64,000 nucleotides of DNA, taken from an uncultured Candidatus Rokubacteria bacterium (GTDB lineage: Bacteria; Methylomirabilota; Methylomirabilia; Rokubacteriales; CSP1-6). The DNA lies in assembly GCA_963762145.1 (NCBI GenBank), contig CAVXJS010000014.1:352001-416000 (forward strand), read 5' to 3'. Numbering within the stretch: the stretch's first letter is position 1; each line of letters starts with the position of its first letter. Made by a program: the position numbers and the translations under genes. Below, piece by piece: positions 9,061 through 19,150 of the stretch. The notes under the pieces were generated by a model. It searched no databases and was not told the origin of the DNA. It was given only the letters and a program-made list of their open reading frames with translations.

Positions 9061-10227
9061 TCAGGTCCGGTTGGCGAGCACCAGCGTGCCGGCGGCGGAG
9101 AGCATGCCGCCCATGCCGTTGACGAGCGAGCAGCTCGCGCCGGGCACCTGGCGCGCGCCGCACTCGCCGCGGAGCTGGCGGGTGGCCTCGATGATCGGGA
9201 AGATGCCGTACATGCCGGAGTGGGTGTAGGAGAGCCCGCCGCCGTTGGTGTTGATCGGCAGCGTGCCGCCCGGGGTCGAGCGCCCCTCCGAGAAGAACTG
9301 CACGCCCTCGCCCGGCTTGGCCATGCCGAGCGACTCCAGCATGATCGGCGGCCCCGACGTGAAGGCGTCGTAGAGCATGACGTGGTTGAAGTCCTTGTTG
9401 GACACGCCGGCCATCGAGAAGGCGCGCTCGCCGGCCAGCCGCGTGGCCGCGCTGATCGAGAGGCTGTCCATCTGGGTCACCATCACGTGCTCGGTGGCCT
9501 CGCCGAAGCCGCGCACGTAGACCGGCGGCTTGGCGCAGTCCTTGGCCCGATCCGCGCGCGTGAGCACCACCGCGCCGCCCGCGTCGGTGACGAGGCAGAT
9601 GTTGAGCAGGTTGAACGGGTAGGAGACCGGGCGCGAGCTCAGCACGTCGGCCACCGTGATCGGATCGCGGAAGCGCGCCTTCGGGTTGAGGGCGGCCCAC
9701 TTCCGGGTGGACACCGCGACCTGCGCCCACTGCTCGAGCGTGGTGCCGTGCTCGTGCATGTGGCGCGTGGTGATCATGCCGAAGTAGCTGGTGGCGCCGC
9801 CGAAGCCGTAGGGGAACTCGAACTGCCCGCTGAGGGCGGTGTCGCGGCTGCGGGTGACCCCGGTGCCCGAGCGGCCGGATTCTCCATGAGAGACGACGGC
9901 CACCTCGCAGAGGCCGTGCTGGAGCGCGGCCACCGCGTGGCCCACCATGATGATGAACGAGCAGCCCCCGACCGTCGTCCCGTCCACGTAGCGCGGCTTG
10001 ACGCCCAGCGCCTCGCCGAGGGTGGCGGGCGAGTGCTGGCCCGCGGTGAAGATGCCGTCGACGTCCTTGACCTTGAGGCCCGCGTCGCGGACCGCGTTGG
10101 AGATCGCTTCCAGGTGCAGGGAGAGCTGGCTCGTGTTCGGCAGGGTGCCGATCTGATCGCTCTCGTCCACGCCCACGATGCAGGCGACGTTGCGCAGCTC
10201 CCGCTGGCGCTCGGAAACCGTGGCCAT
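9061..10227 (-). CDS. Thiolase-superfamily protein (SCP-x/Ltp2-like, DUF35 partner)
   Basis: ATG 10227; CLVTDAGGAVV, MLYDAFT, NTNGGGLSYTH and EATRQLRG motifs. Confidence 0.9.
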   Translation of the reverse strand: MATVSERQRELRNVACIVGVDESDQIGTLPNTSQLSLHLEAISNAVRDAGLKVKDVDGIFTAGQHSPATLGEALGVKPRYVDGTTVGGCSFIIMVGHAVAALQHGLCEVAVVSHGESGRSGTGVTRSRDTALSGQFEFPYGFGGATSYFGMITTRHMHEHGTTLEQWAQVAVSTRKWAALNPKARFRDPITVADVLSSRPVSYPFNLLNICLVTDAGGAVVLTRADRAKDCAKPPVYVRGFGEATEHVMVTQMDSLSISAATRLAGERAFSMAGVSNKDFNHVMLYDAFTSGPPIMLESLGMAKPGEGVQFFSEGRSTPGGTLPINTNGGGLSYTHSGMYGIFPIIEATRQLRGECGARQVPGASCSLVNGMGGMLSAAGTLVLANRT

Positions 10228-10232
10228 GGCGC

Positions 10233-10649
10233 TCACCGCCTCGGCTGGAACAGCGGCAGGGTCACGTCGTCGCTCACCTTGGTGAAGACCACCTCCACCG
10301 GCATGTCGCACTTGATCGCCTTCGGAGAGGGCTCGATGTTGATCAGGTTCGACATCATGCGGGGCCCCTCTTCCAGCTCGATCATGGCGAGGACGTAGGG
10401 CGGCTTGATCTTCCACGCCTTCTGGAAGGCCTGGTGGGCGATCTCGAACGAGTGGAGCTTCCCCCGGCCGCTCGCCTGCATCCAGCCGACGCGCCGCGAG
10501 TGGCAGCGTGGGCACAGGATGCGCGGGTAGAAGAAGACGTGCGCGCACTCCTCGCAGCGGGGGAGCATGAGCTTCCCGGCGTGGCAGCCGTCCCAGAACG
10601 GCTTGGCTTCCGGGGTCATCGGCGTGGGCAGCGGGCGATCGGCGTCCAT
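10233..10649 (-). CDS. Zn-ribbon/OB-fold (DUF35) protein
   Basis: PFWDG...CEEC...YPRILCPRC...ASGRG...ELEEGPRMMSN. Confidence 0.92.
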   Translation of the reverse strand: MDADRPLPTPMTPEAKPFWDGCHAGKLMLPRCEECAHVFFYPRILCPRCHSRRVGWMQASGRGKLHSFEIAHQAFQKAWKIKPPYVLAMIELEEGPRMMSNLINIEPSPKAIKCDMPVEVVFTKVSDDVTLPLFQPRR

Positions 10650-10740
10650 GAGGCTCCTCTCTCGCGACGGGGTGATGACGAGACCGCTGAGACTCTACGC
10701 GCGGGCGGGGAAGGTGTCAACGAAGGGGGCGGCGCGCCGC

Positions 10741-11523
10741 TCAGACCGCGGGCTCGCCCGCGGTGACCGCGATGCACTGGCCGGAGAGGTTCTTGGCCGC
10801 GTCGCTGCAGAGGTAGACCGCGAGGGTGGCGATGTCGTCCGCGGTGGTCATGCGCTTGAGCGGCGCGCGCTCGACGAAGCTCCGGCGCATGTCCTCGACC
10901 GCCACCCCGCGCACCTCGGCCTGCCCGGCGATGACGCGGTCGATGCGATCGCCCTCGACGGCGCCCGGGGCGATCGCGTTGACCCGGATGTTGAGCGGGG
11001 AGAGCTCGAGCGCGAGGCCGTAGGTCATGCCGACCTGCCCCGCCTTGGCCGAGCAGTAGCCGATGCGGAATGGGAGCCCGCGCCGACCCGCGGTGGACGA
11101 GACGTTGATGATCACCCCGCCGCCCGCCCGGATCATCTCCGGCACCGCGAAGCGCGTGCACATGTAGGAGCTGGTGAGGCAGGAGTTGATCGTGTAGAAC
11201 CAGTCGTCGGTCGTGTACTCCTGCACGCGCTTGGTCGGCCCGCCGTCGCCCGCGTTGTTCACGAGGACGTCGAGCTTGCCAAACGCTTTGACGCCCGCCG
11301 CGACCATTTTCTTCACGTCGCCTTCCGTGGCCGCGTCGCCGGTCACCGCCACCGCGCGGCCGCCGTCGCCCTGGATCAGCGCGGCGGTTTCCTCCACCAG
11401 GTCGCGGCTGCGAGCCGCGCAGACCACCGCGGCGCCTTCCTTCGCGAACAGGCGGCTCATCACGCGACCGATGCCCTTGCTGGCGCCGGTGATGAGCGCC
11501 ACCTTCCCGTCGAGCTGTCCCAT
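10741..11523 (-). CDS. Short-chain dehydrogenase/reductase
   Basis: TGASKGIG, NNAG and YCSAK motifs. Confidence 0.95.
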   Translation of the reverse strand: MGQLDGKVALITGASKGIGRVMSRLFAKEGAAVVCAARSRDLVEETAALIQGDGGRAVAVTGDAATEGDVKKMVAAGVKAFGKLDVLVNNAGDGGPTKRVQEYTTDDWFYTINSCLTSSYMCTRFAVPEMIRAGGGVIINVSSTAGRRGLPFRIGYCSAKAGQVGMTYGLALELSPLNIRVNAIAPGAVEGDRIDRVIAGQAEVRGVAVEDMRRSFVERAPLKRMTTADDIATLAVYLCSDAAKNLSGQCIAVTAGEPAV

Positions 11524-11693
11524 GGGTTCGTTCTCCGTCCTCGGGTAAATCTTACGCCGCCGGGAGTGTACCTTTTTCTCCGGCCGCGCGAATCACGAAG
11601 GTCCACCTCCCCAGTTGTCGGGGTTTACACGCGGCGTCGTCCTCGACCCACGATGGCATGCGGGTTGAAGAGGAGATGTGCAGGAGGTCAACC

Positions 11694-11918
11694 ATGACGA
11701 CGAAATCCGTGAAGACCAGGATCGCATCTGCCGTGATCGGCCTTTCGCTGGTCACGATTGCCACGACGGCATGTGGAACGCTGGGCGGCGCCGCGGTCGG
11801 CGCCGGTGCGGGCGCTGCGGTGGGAGCCGGAACCGGTTATGGGGCCGGCAAGGGCGCGCTGATCGGGACGGGTGTGGGCGCCGCCGCCGGCGCCATCTAC
11901 GACATCACCAAGGACTAG
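11694..11918 (+). CDS. Small glycine-zipper lipoprotein
   Basis: AGGAGG RBS, signal peptide with lipobox-like TTAC, then GGAAVGAGAGAAVGAGTGYGAGKGALIGTGVGAAAGA. Confidence 0.75.
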   Translation: MTTKSVKTRIASAVIGLSLVTIATTACGTLGGAAVGAGAGAAVGAGTGYGAGKGALIGTGVGAAAGAIYDITKD

Positions 11919-11930
11919 CCGGAGGAGCTC

Positions 11931-12212
11931 ATGAAGCCGTACAAGGCATTGGCAGTGGGTATGATGGTCGCGATCCCGCTCTGCGCGGGGTTCGCGGGCG
12001 CGCAGAGCAAGCCCGCGTGCGATCAGCAGAAGGCGGCGGCGCCTCAGAAGGTGGAGGGGCGCGTGGTGCGGGTGGACTCTGCGGGCGGCAAGGTCGCGGT
12101 GGCGGCGGCCGACGGCAAGACGCACGAGTTCCAGGTCTCGAAGGAGACGCTCAAGGATCTGAAGGTCGGGGACAAGATCCAGGCCAATCTCAGCTCGCTT
12201 CCGGCCTGCTGA
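11931..12212 (+). CDS. Small exported hypothetical protein (OB-fold-like)
   Basis: GGAGG RBS, signal peptide, LKDLKVGDKIQANL motif, two Cys in the mature part. Confidence 0.7.
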   Translation: MKPYKALAVGMMVAIPLCAGFAGAQSKPACDQQKAAAPQKVEGRVVRVDSAGGKVAVAAADGKTHEFQVSKETLKDLKVGDKIQANLSSLPAC

Positions 12213-12232
12213 TCGTGTTGCTCTAGTTAGCT

Positions 12233-12272
12233 CGCCGGCGGGGCGGTTATGCGGCCCCGCCGGCGTCATTTG
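12233..12272 (+). terminator. Probable stem-loop terminator
   Basis: CGCCGGCGGGGC/GCCCCGCCGGCG 12-bp perfect stem followed by TCATTTG, just after the two small genes; weak U-tract. Confidence 0.55.
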
Positions 12273-12322
12273 CGGTTTCGCGCGGGGGTGCGCTACGATC
12301 CGGGTCGGAGGGAGACCCGGTC

Positions 12323-13384
12323 ATGAACATCCTCAAGTCCCTGGCGGTGAAGAACGTCGAGGAGGCCACGCGCGACATCCCGGTCATCGACTTCTCGCCG
12401 GCCTTCGCTGGAACCCCGGGTGGTCTCGAGGCCGTCGCGCGCCAGGTCAAGCACGCCAGCGAGTCCGTCGGCTTCTTCTATCTGGCCGGCCACGGGGTCC
12501 CGGACGCGGTGGTGGACGCGGCCTTCGCGGCCTCGCGCGAGCTGCACGCGATCCCCGATGCGGAGAAGCAGCGGCTCAAGCTCAACGAGAACAACATCGG
12601 CTACCTGCCGGTGAACCAATCCATCCAGGGGGCCTCGACGATCCACAAGGCCACCCGTCCCAACTACAACGAGAGCTTCTTCATCAGCCACGATCGCGCC
12701 GCCGACCATCCCGACGTGGTGGCAGGCGTGCCGCTGCGCGGCCGCAACCAGTGGCCCGAGGGGCACGAGCGCATGCGGGCCGCGATGGTGACCTACTTCA
12801 AGACCCTCGAGGGAGTCGGCGAGCGCATGCTGCCGGTGCTGGCCCGGGCGCTCGGGATGCCCGCGGAGCACTTCGCCTCGTTCTTCGCCGACGAGGCGCA
12901 CATCAACCTGCGCTTCCTGCACTACCCGCCGCAGGACATCGCCGACGACGAGCAGTTCGGGCAGGGCCCGCACACCGACAACTCGTTCATCACGATCCTC
13001 GCGCGCACCGAGGTGCCGGGGCTGGCGGTGCGGCTGCCGTCCGGGGAGTGGCTGGCGCCCCCGCTGATCCCGGGCACGTTCCTGGTCAACCTGGGCAACA
13101 TGATGAAGCGGTGGTCCAACGACCGCTTCCTCTCGACGCCGCACGCGGTGCTGAACGAGTCCGGGACCGACCGCTACTCGATCGCGTTCTTCTACAGCCC
13201 CAACATCGCCACGAGCATCGAGTGCCTGCCGAGCTGCACCGGGCCGGACGATCCGCCGCGCTACCCCCCCGCGGTCTACGGCGACCTCGTGCTCGAGTTC
13301 TACAACGCGAACTACTTCCACCGGAAGAATTTCGTGCAAGCCGAGGGCGGACAAGCGCGCGAATCTACAGACGCGAACTACTAG
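12323..13384 (+). CDS. Isopenicillin-N-synthase-like 2OG-Fe(II) oxygenase
   Basis: IPVIDFS, GFFYLAGHG, HTD...H facial triad (PHTDNS, STPHAV) and RYS motif. Confidence 0.92.
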   Translation: MNILKSLAVKNVEEATRDIPVIDFSPAFAGTPGGLEAVARQVKHASESVGFFYLAGHGVPDAVVDAAFAASRELHAIPDAEKQRLKLNENNIGYLPVNQSIQGASTIHKATRPNYNESFFISHDRAADHPDVVAGVPLRGRNQWPEGHERMRAAMVTYFKTLEGVGERMLPVLARALGMPAEHFASFFADEAHINLRFLHYPPQDIADDEQFGQGPHTDNSFITILARTEVPGLAVRLPSGEWLAPPLIPGTFLVNLGNMMKRWSNDRFLSTPHAVLNESGTDRYSIAFFYSPNIATSIECLPSCTGPDDPPRYPPAVYGDLVLEFYNANYFHRKNFVQAEGGQARESTDANY

Positions 13385-13770
13385 CTAGACTGCGCCGAGA
13401 GGCAACATCGGGCACCCTTGATCGGGTGACCTAGTCCTCTTGATCCGCCTGCAACTCACCCGGCAGGATTGGCTCGTATTTCCCCAGGATGAGTAGCCGC
13501 AACTCCATCTCCAGCTCCATCACCGTTTTCGGGATGGTTTCATCGCAGACCTCACAGGGTGCGTTGATGCCGCTCCGATGAAGATCCTGTTGGGCTTCCA
13601 TGCCGGGGGATTAGCACACCTCGTGCCAGGCGGATTGTCTTTCGCCGCAAGGGTTTGAGCGCTCGCCTGTCTCTTCTTAACCAGGAGGTCGCCAAGAATT
13701 TCCGGGTAGGTTCTACCTTCGGATAGGGGCGTGGAGTCGAGTTCCGTCGGGCTCAGGGTTGGCCGCCGCG

Positions 13771-14733
13771 TCATTGAATTAGCTCATCCGCCCGTCGCAG
13801 CAGCGACGGCGCGATCGTCAGGCCGAGCCCCTTCGCGGTCTTGAGGTTGATGACGAGCTCGAACCGGCTCGGTTGCTCGATGGGCAGGTCGCCGGGCCTG
13901 GCGCCCTTGAGAATTCGATCGACGTAGCTCCCGACGCGCCGGTAGAGATCCTCCTGATGAGCCCAGTAGGACATGAGACCCCCGGCGTCCACGTATCCCC
14001 TCACGCCGTGCATGGTGGGCAGACGGCCCTTGGCCGCGAGATCGGCCAGACGGGCTCGTTGAAAAAACGTCACCGGGTCGGACAGGACCAGGACGGCCCC
14101 GGCCCGTTCCTTGGCTATCGTCGCGAACGCGTTCTCCAGGTCCTCGGGACGTCGCAGCGCCACGGATTGAAGGCCTCCTACCGCTAACGATCGGGCGGCC
14201 GTCTCGGCGCCCTTCATGGCGAGCGGGTGCCACGGATTATCGGGATTCCACAAGACCGCGATTCGCAGCGCCCGAGGGACCGCCTCCTTGAGGAGCTCGA
14301 TCTGTTTGACGCTCAGGTCTGCGCTCAGGGTGGTGGTCCCGGTGATGTTTCCGCCCGGTCGTCCGAGGCTGGCGACAAGGCCCAGCTGAACCGGATCAGG
14401 CGTGTTCACCATGACGATCGGGATCGACGCGGTCGCCCTCTTGGCGGCAAAGGTGCCCGCCGGGTTGGACGCGACGATCACGTCGACCTTGAGGCGCGCG
14501 AGCCCGGCCGCGAGCTCATCGTACCGCTCCGGCTTCCCCTCCGGATCGCGCCACTCGATAGCGAGGTTCTGCCCTTCGACGTACCCCGCTTCGCGCAGGC
14601 CCTGCGTCAAGAGCTCGGACACCCCGACTCCCAGCGCGCCGATCCGGAACACCTTCCCCGCCGGCTGCGCCTCCGCGGCGCCCGGCGCGGCGAGGATGGC
14701 AGCGGCAGTCGCGATGAAGGTGCGCCGGTTCAT
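13771..14733 (-). CDS. ABC transporter substrate-binding protein (ABC_sub_bind/Trp-Tyr type), orphan
   Basis: Tat-like MNRRTFI, DPVQLGLVASLGRPGGNITG and PGDLPIEQPSRFELVINLKTAK motifs. Confidence 0.92.
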   Translation of the reverse strand: MNRRTFIATAAAILAAPGAAEAQPAGKVFRIGALGVGVSELLTQGLREAGYVEGQNLAIEWRDPEGKPERYDELAAGLARLKVDVIVASNPAGTFAAKRATASIPIVMVNTPDPVQLGLVASLGRPGGNITGTTTLSADLSVKQIELLKEAVPRALRIAVLWNPDNPWHPLAMKGAETAARSLAVGGLQSVALRRPEDLENAFATIAKERAGAVLVLSDPVTFFQRARLADLAAKGRLPTMHGVRGYVDAGGLMSYWAHQEDLYRRVGSYVDRILKGARPGDLPIEQPSRFELVINLKTAKGLGLTIAPSLLRRADELIQ

Positions 14734-14788
14734 TCAATCTCGGGCGATGCGCGGAACGAGAGCGCGGCGGCCCGAGCGGGCTGCCGGC

Positions 14789-15526
14789 TCACGGGTCCTG
14801 CAGGATCATGCGGCGGTAGGATTCCGCTGCCTTCAGCTTCCGGCGTCGGCCCTGCTCGGCGGCCCACTGGGTGATCATCTCGGAGGGATCCCACTCGCCC
14901 ATCTGGCTCTTGTGGGCGCGCAGCGCGGCCACCTTCACGTCGAGCGTCTCCGCGATGTCCACGTAGGTATCCGCGCGCTCCGCGCCGTGGATGTAGACCT
15001 GGCGCACCTCGTGGGGCTCGAGGCCTTCCGCGAGCAGCTCGGGGAAGATCAGGCGCGTGCCCGCGGAGGGGAACACCGCGTCGAGCGCCACGTCCGCGGC
15101 GGCGCGATGGTCCGGGTGGTTCATGTACGTGGTGCCGTAGTAGCGCACGGTGGGATCGCCGGTCAGCACCGCCTCGGGCCGGTGGCGGCGGATCAGGCGC
15201 GTCAGCTCCCGGCGCAGGGGGATCGACGGCTCGAGCATGCCGTCCTCGTAGTCGAGGAAGATCGTCTCCTTCACGCCCAGGATCCGGCACGCCTCGCGCT
15301 GCTCGTCTTCCCGGATCGCGACGAGCGCCTCCCGCGTCATGTCGAGCGGCGTGTACTTGTTGGAGCCGGCGCCCCCCCGGGTGATGCAGACCGTGACGAT
15401 CTCGCAGCCGGCGCGCGCCCACTTGGCCAGCGTGCCGCCGACCGTGAACTCCTGGTCGTCCGGGTGCGCGTGGATGCTCATCGCCCGCTTGGGCGCGGGC
15501 GGCTCGCTCGGCTTCTTGACCGGCAC
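14789..15526 (-). CDS. PIG-L/LmbE family deacetylase
   Basis: AHPDD, REDEQREAC, HPDH and HKSQ motifs. Confidence 0.92.
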   Translation of the reverse strand: MPVKKPSEPPAPKRAMSIHAHPDDQEFTVGGTLAKWARAGCEIVTVCITRGGAGSNKYTPLDMTREALVAIREDEQREACRILGVKETIFLDYEDGMLEPSIPLRRELTRLIRRHRPEAVLTGDPTVRYYGTTYMNHPDHRAAADVALDAVFPSAGTRLIFPELLAEGLEPHEVRQVYIHGAERADTYVDIAETLDVKVAALRAHKSQMGEWDPSEMITQWAAEQGRRRKLKAAESYRRMILQDP

Positions 15527-15538
15527 GCGTGAGCCCGG

Positions 15539-16378
15539 CTAGCGGGCGAGCGCGTCCCAGCAGACGCGCGCCATGCGGCCGATTACGGTGTTGGCCGCGG
15601 TGAACCCGGGGGTGCCGTCGGGCAGCGCGGCGGGCACGCGATCGGTGTACGCGGTGAGGATGAAGAGCGGCCGGTCGCCCTGGTAGACGATGCCCGCGTC
15701 CATGAAGCCGCGCGATCCGGTCCCGGTCTTGTGCGCGATCTTGGTGCCGAGCGGCAGCTGCGAGGGCAGGCGCGCCTTGAGCTTCTGCCACGACAGGATG
15801 TCGAGCGCGAGCCGGCAGAGCGCCGGGGTCACGCCCAGGCGCGCCGCCGCGGCCGGATCCTCCGCGCCCTTCAGGATCGCCTCCAGCAGCAGTCCCTGGT
15901 CGTTCGGCGTGGTGCTGGTGACCTGATCGAGCGCGTGGTCGGGGCCCAGGCGCGGGGGAATGCCGAAGCGGTGAATGGTGCGCGTCATCCCGACCGCCTC
16001 GCAGAGGCGCTGGATCTCGCCGAGGCCGACCAGGTCCACCACGAGCCCGGTGCAGGCGTTGTCGCTGACGATGATCATCATCACCAGCGCGTCGCGGAAG
16101 GTGATCGAGAAGCCGGGCGTCAGGTGCTGGAAGGTGCCCGAGTCGTTGTCCTGGTACTTGGCCTCGATGGTCACCTTCTGGTCGAGCGCGAGCTTGCCGT
16201 CGTGGACCGCCTTGAGCGCGGCCATGAGGATCGAGATCTTGCGCGTGCTCGCCGAGGGCACCGGCACGTCGCCCAGGCGATCGGCGCGCTGGCCGCTCGC
16301 GAGGTCCTTGAGGTACCAGCTCGTCTGGAACGGGAGCGCGTCGCAGAGGACATTGAGACGGCCGGCCAGCTCGTTCAT
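15539..16378 (-). CDS. Serine hydrolase with class A beta-lactamase fold, no signal peptide
   Basis: SxxK (STRK), SDN and HKTG motifs. Confidence 0.88.
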   Translation of the reverse strand: MNELAGRLNVLCDALPFQTSWYLKDLASGQRADRLGDVPVPSASTRKISILMAALKAVHDGKLALDQKVTIEAKYQDNDSGTFQHLTPGFSITFRDALVMMIIVSDNACTGLVVDLVGLGEIQRLCEAVGMTRTIHRFGIPPRLGPDHALDQVTSTTPNDQGLLLEAILKGAEDPAAAARLGVTPALCRLALDILSWQKLKARLPSQLPLGTKIAHKTGTGSRGFMDAGIVYQGDRPLFILTAYTDRVPAALPDGTPGFTAANTVIGRMARVCWDALAR

Positions 16379-16382
16379 CGCG

Positions 16383-17315
16383 TCACTCCCCCAGGCCCGG
16401 CATGGTGAAGGCGGCGCGGCCGAGCTCGGCCGCGAGGGCCGCGCGCTGCTCGGGCGTGAGCGCCACCAGGGGCGGGCGCACCGTGACCCAGGCCCCGTCG
16501 CCGCCGTAGCGGGCGATGACCGCCTTGAGCGCGGGGATCATCGGGTAGCGCTGCATGATGCCGCGGATCTCGTCGAGGCGCGCCTGCTGCGCGTCCGCGT
16601 CCGGGTTCTGCCACTCGCGCTGGAGCTTCGCGATCGGGCCAGGGTTCACGTTGGCGGTGGCGCTGATGCAGCCGGCGCCGCCGTGGCGCATGTTGGCGAG
16701 CAGGAAGGTCTCGCTGCCCGCGAAGACGTCGAAGCCGCCGGCCGCGAAGGCGTCGAGCATCGCCTTGGTGTTGTTCCAGTCGCCCGAGCTGTCCTTCACG
16801 CCCGCCACGATGCCCGGGTAGGTCTTGATCAGCCGCTCGATGAGGCCGAGCGTGATCGGCACCTGCGACACCGGGGGGATGTGGTAGACGTACAGGCGCA
16901 GCCGCCGGTCGCCCACCCGCTCGATCACCTCCGCGAAGCTCCGGAAGAGGCCGTCGTCGGAGACGCCCTTGTAGTAGAAGGGCGGCAGCATCAGGACGCC
17001 GCCCGCGCCCAGCTTCATGGCGTGAGCGGTGAGCCGCACCGAGTCGGTGAGCGCGCAGCAGCCGGTGCCCGGCATGAGCCGCGCCGGATCGATGCCGCCC
17101 GCGACCAGCCGGTCCAGCAGCTCGACCTTCTCCTCGGTGGAGAGCGAGTTGGCCTCCGAGTTCGTCCCGAACACCGCGAGGCCCACGTCCTGCGACAGGA
17201 GCCAGCGGCACTGCCGCACGAAGCGCTCCGGGTCGGGGGAGAGGTCGGCCTTGAACGGGGTGACGACGGGGGAGAGGACGCCCCTGATGCGATCGGTGCG
17301 GTCTGGTGTGCTCAC
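16383..17315 (-). CDS. Dihydrodipicolinate synthase (DapA)-family aldolase/lyase
   Basis: VTPF, FGTNSEA, PPFYY, YHIP and Schiff-base Lys in GVKDSSG. Confidence 0.9.
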   Translation of the reverse strand: MSTPDRTDRIRGVLSPVVTPFKADLSPDPERFVRQCRWLLSQDVGLAVFGTNSEANSLSTEEKVELLDRLVAGGIDPARLMPGTGCCALTDSVRLTAHAMKLGAGGVLMLPPFYYKGVSDDGLFRSFAEVIERVGDRRLRLYVYHIPPVSQVPITLGLIERLIKTYPGIVAGVKDSSGDWNNTKAMLDAFAAGGFDVFAGSETFLLANMRHGGAGCISATANVNPGPIAKLQREWQNPDADAQQARLDEIRGIMQRYPMIPALKAVIARYGGDGAWVTVRPPLVALTPEQRAALAAELGRAAFTMPGLGE

Positions 17316-17339
17316 GATCTGGGCTCCTTGGCCTCTTAG

Positions 17340-18023
17340 TTAGCCTACGGGCACCCATCGGTAGCACCGAGTCCTTGCCGGTGGGCCCGGGGCCGAACCC
17401 CCGATCTGAGGGCCGGCGAGCGCGGCCGCCCGCGCGGCCGACTCCACATGGAGCCGCATGGACCCGGTCGGGGCGAGGTTCCACTTTCCCGGGCCATAGA
17501 GCTGCCCGTAGCGAGGACGAGCCTGTCGAGCCGGGGGACGGACGTCGCGAGCCGCTCGAGCGCGCCCATGCCGCGGACGATCACGAGCCGGTTGCCTTCC
17601 GCGCGCGTGTCGAGCGGATCCTCTTCCGGATGCGGCTCCGGGCCGGCGGCATACGCCCAGGCGATCGACTGGGCGACGAGGCGCGCGGGCGCCCGCGCGC
17701 ACCGCGGCGGCGACGAGGGTGCGGGTGCCCTCCACGCGGATCCGGGCGTTCCGATTCGTCATCTCGGTCAGGCCGGCGGGACCGACCTGATCCGGGAGGC
17801 TGGTGATCAGCTGGACGAGACCCCGGCCGCGCGGCCCGTCCCAGTCGCCGAAGCCGAGCCTCATCGACAAACGACGGCCACGAGGCTGCGCGCCGGCGGC
17901 TCGGATGGTCTCGGTCCGCCCGGGCGACCGCGTCCTGCCGGACACGCGGCAGCCGAGGGCCACCAGCTGTCTCACCAGCCGTTGTCCGATGACCCCGCTC
18001 GCTCCGGCCACCAGAACCTGCAT
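17340..18023 (-). pseudogene. NAD-dependent epimerase/dehydratase, fragmented
   Basis: MQVLVAGASGVIG..., RVEGTRTLVAAA, LVAQSIAWAY and RYGQLYGPG fall in different frames. Real decay and read errors cannot be separated. Confidence 0.6.
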
Positions 18024-18049
18024 GTTCTCCGGCGCGGCCGCGCCGCCGG

Positions 18050-19150
18050 CTAGCGCGAGATCAGCGCGGCGACCGACTTCAGCGGGGTGCCGTCTTTTCT
18101 CGTGATCGCCCGCCGCGCGGGCCAGGTCTGGTCCCCGAAGGTGGGCTGCCAGCAGGAGTGCTTGCCCGCGCCGCCGGTCACGATCACGGTGACGTCGTCG
18201 ACGGAGCGCACGGCCGGGACCATGGTGTCGGGCGCGTCCTTGGCCCCGCGCTCGATCAGGTGCGCGCCGGTACTCGTCGCCCAGGCGGGCGAGCGGGAAG
18301 CGGGCGTGCTCGAAGAGGAACTCCTTCACCTGGCGCTTGCTGAAGCCGTCGCGCGCGATGGTGGCGGCGTGCTCGGGGCCGAGGCAGAGCAGAGGATGGC
18401 CGCCGGCCAGGATGTTGTTGCTGCCCGCCTGGCCCATGGCGCCCGCGACGACCTTCAGGATGCCGAGGCCGGTGTAGCTGAAGTGGTCCTGGATGTTGTG
18501 CGGGCCCTCGCACGCGATCGCGGTGACCACGCTCGTGTCGGCGGGGAAGCCGTGCTCGACGTGCAGCGGCTCCCACGGATTCGCCGCCTCGTTCTCGGCC
18601 ACGCAGTAGGCGATCTTGGCCGGGCTGCCCTGGGTGGCGCGGTCGCCGGTGCCGGGCAGGCCGCCGCCGACGTTCATCAGCAGGAGCCGGATCGCGCGGC
18701 CGATCGTGACGTTGGCGCGGAAGCCCTGGCCGAAGGCGTTGTAGCCCGCGTTGATCCCGACCTCCTTCGCGATCGGCCCGTTGACGATGATCAGCGGGGC
18801 CACCGGATGCGTGGTGGCCTGGATCGGAGTCGAGGTTGAAGAGCGGGATCGGCCAGCGCCTCGACCGCGGTGATGATGACCGGCAGGTACTCCGGCCGGC
18901 AGCCCGCCATCACCGCGTTGATCGCGATGCGCTCCACCGTGGCCTCGCCCTGCCGCGGCGGCAGCACCGCCGACCAACTCGCGCGGGGCGCGGTCGGTGA
19001 AGCGCAGGAACTCGCGCACGTCGCGTCGGTCGGGCGGGACGATCGGCAGCCCGTCCGTCCAGCCGCGGTCCTGGTAGTGGCGGTTGATCGTCCGCGTAGC
19101 CGCCCTCGAAGCCGGAAGTCTTCGCCGCCGGGCCCGAGCGACGCGCTCAT
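18050..19150 (-). CDS. Conserved hypothetical protein, UGSC-protein partner type (several frameshifts)
   Basis: Pieces across frames: GWTDGLPIVPP, ATVERIAINAVMAGCRPEYLPV, NGPIAKEVGINAG, RANVTIGRAIRL, AENEAANPWEPLHVEHGF, LGPEHA, GGAGKHS; TAG at 18050-18052. Confidence 0.75.

Noticed and set aside
12207-12230. TGA after ...PAC followed in frame by SCCSS-stop (possible C-U-S-C-C selenoprotein tail)
   Set aside because: The downstream codons (TGT, TCT, AGT) are atypical for this genome, the nearby hairpin loop is at +33 or later and looks like a terminator, and the terminal Cys is explained by pairing with the N-terminal Cys.
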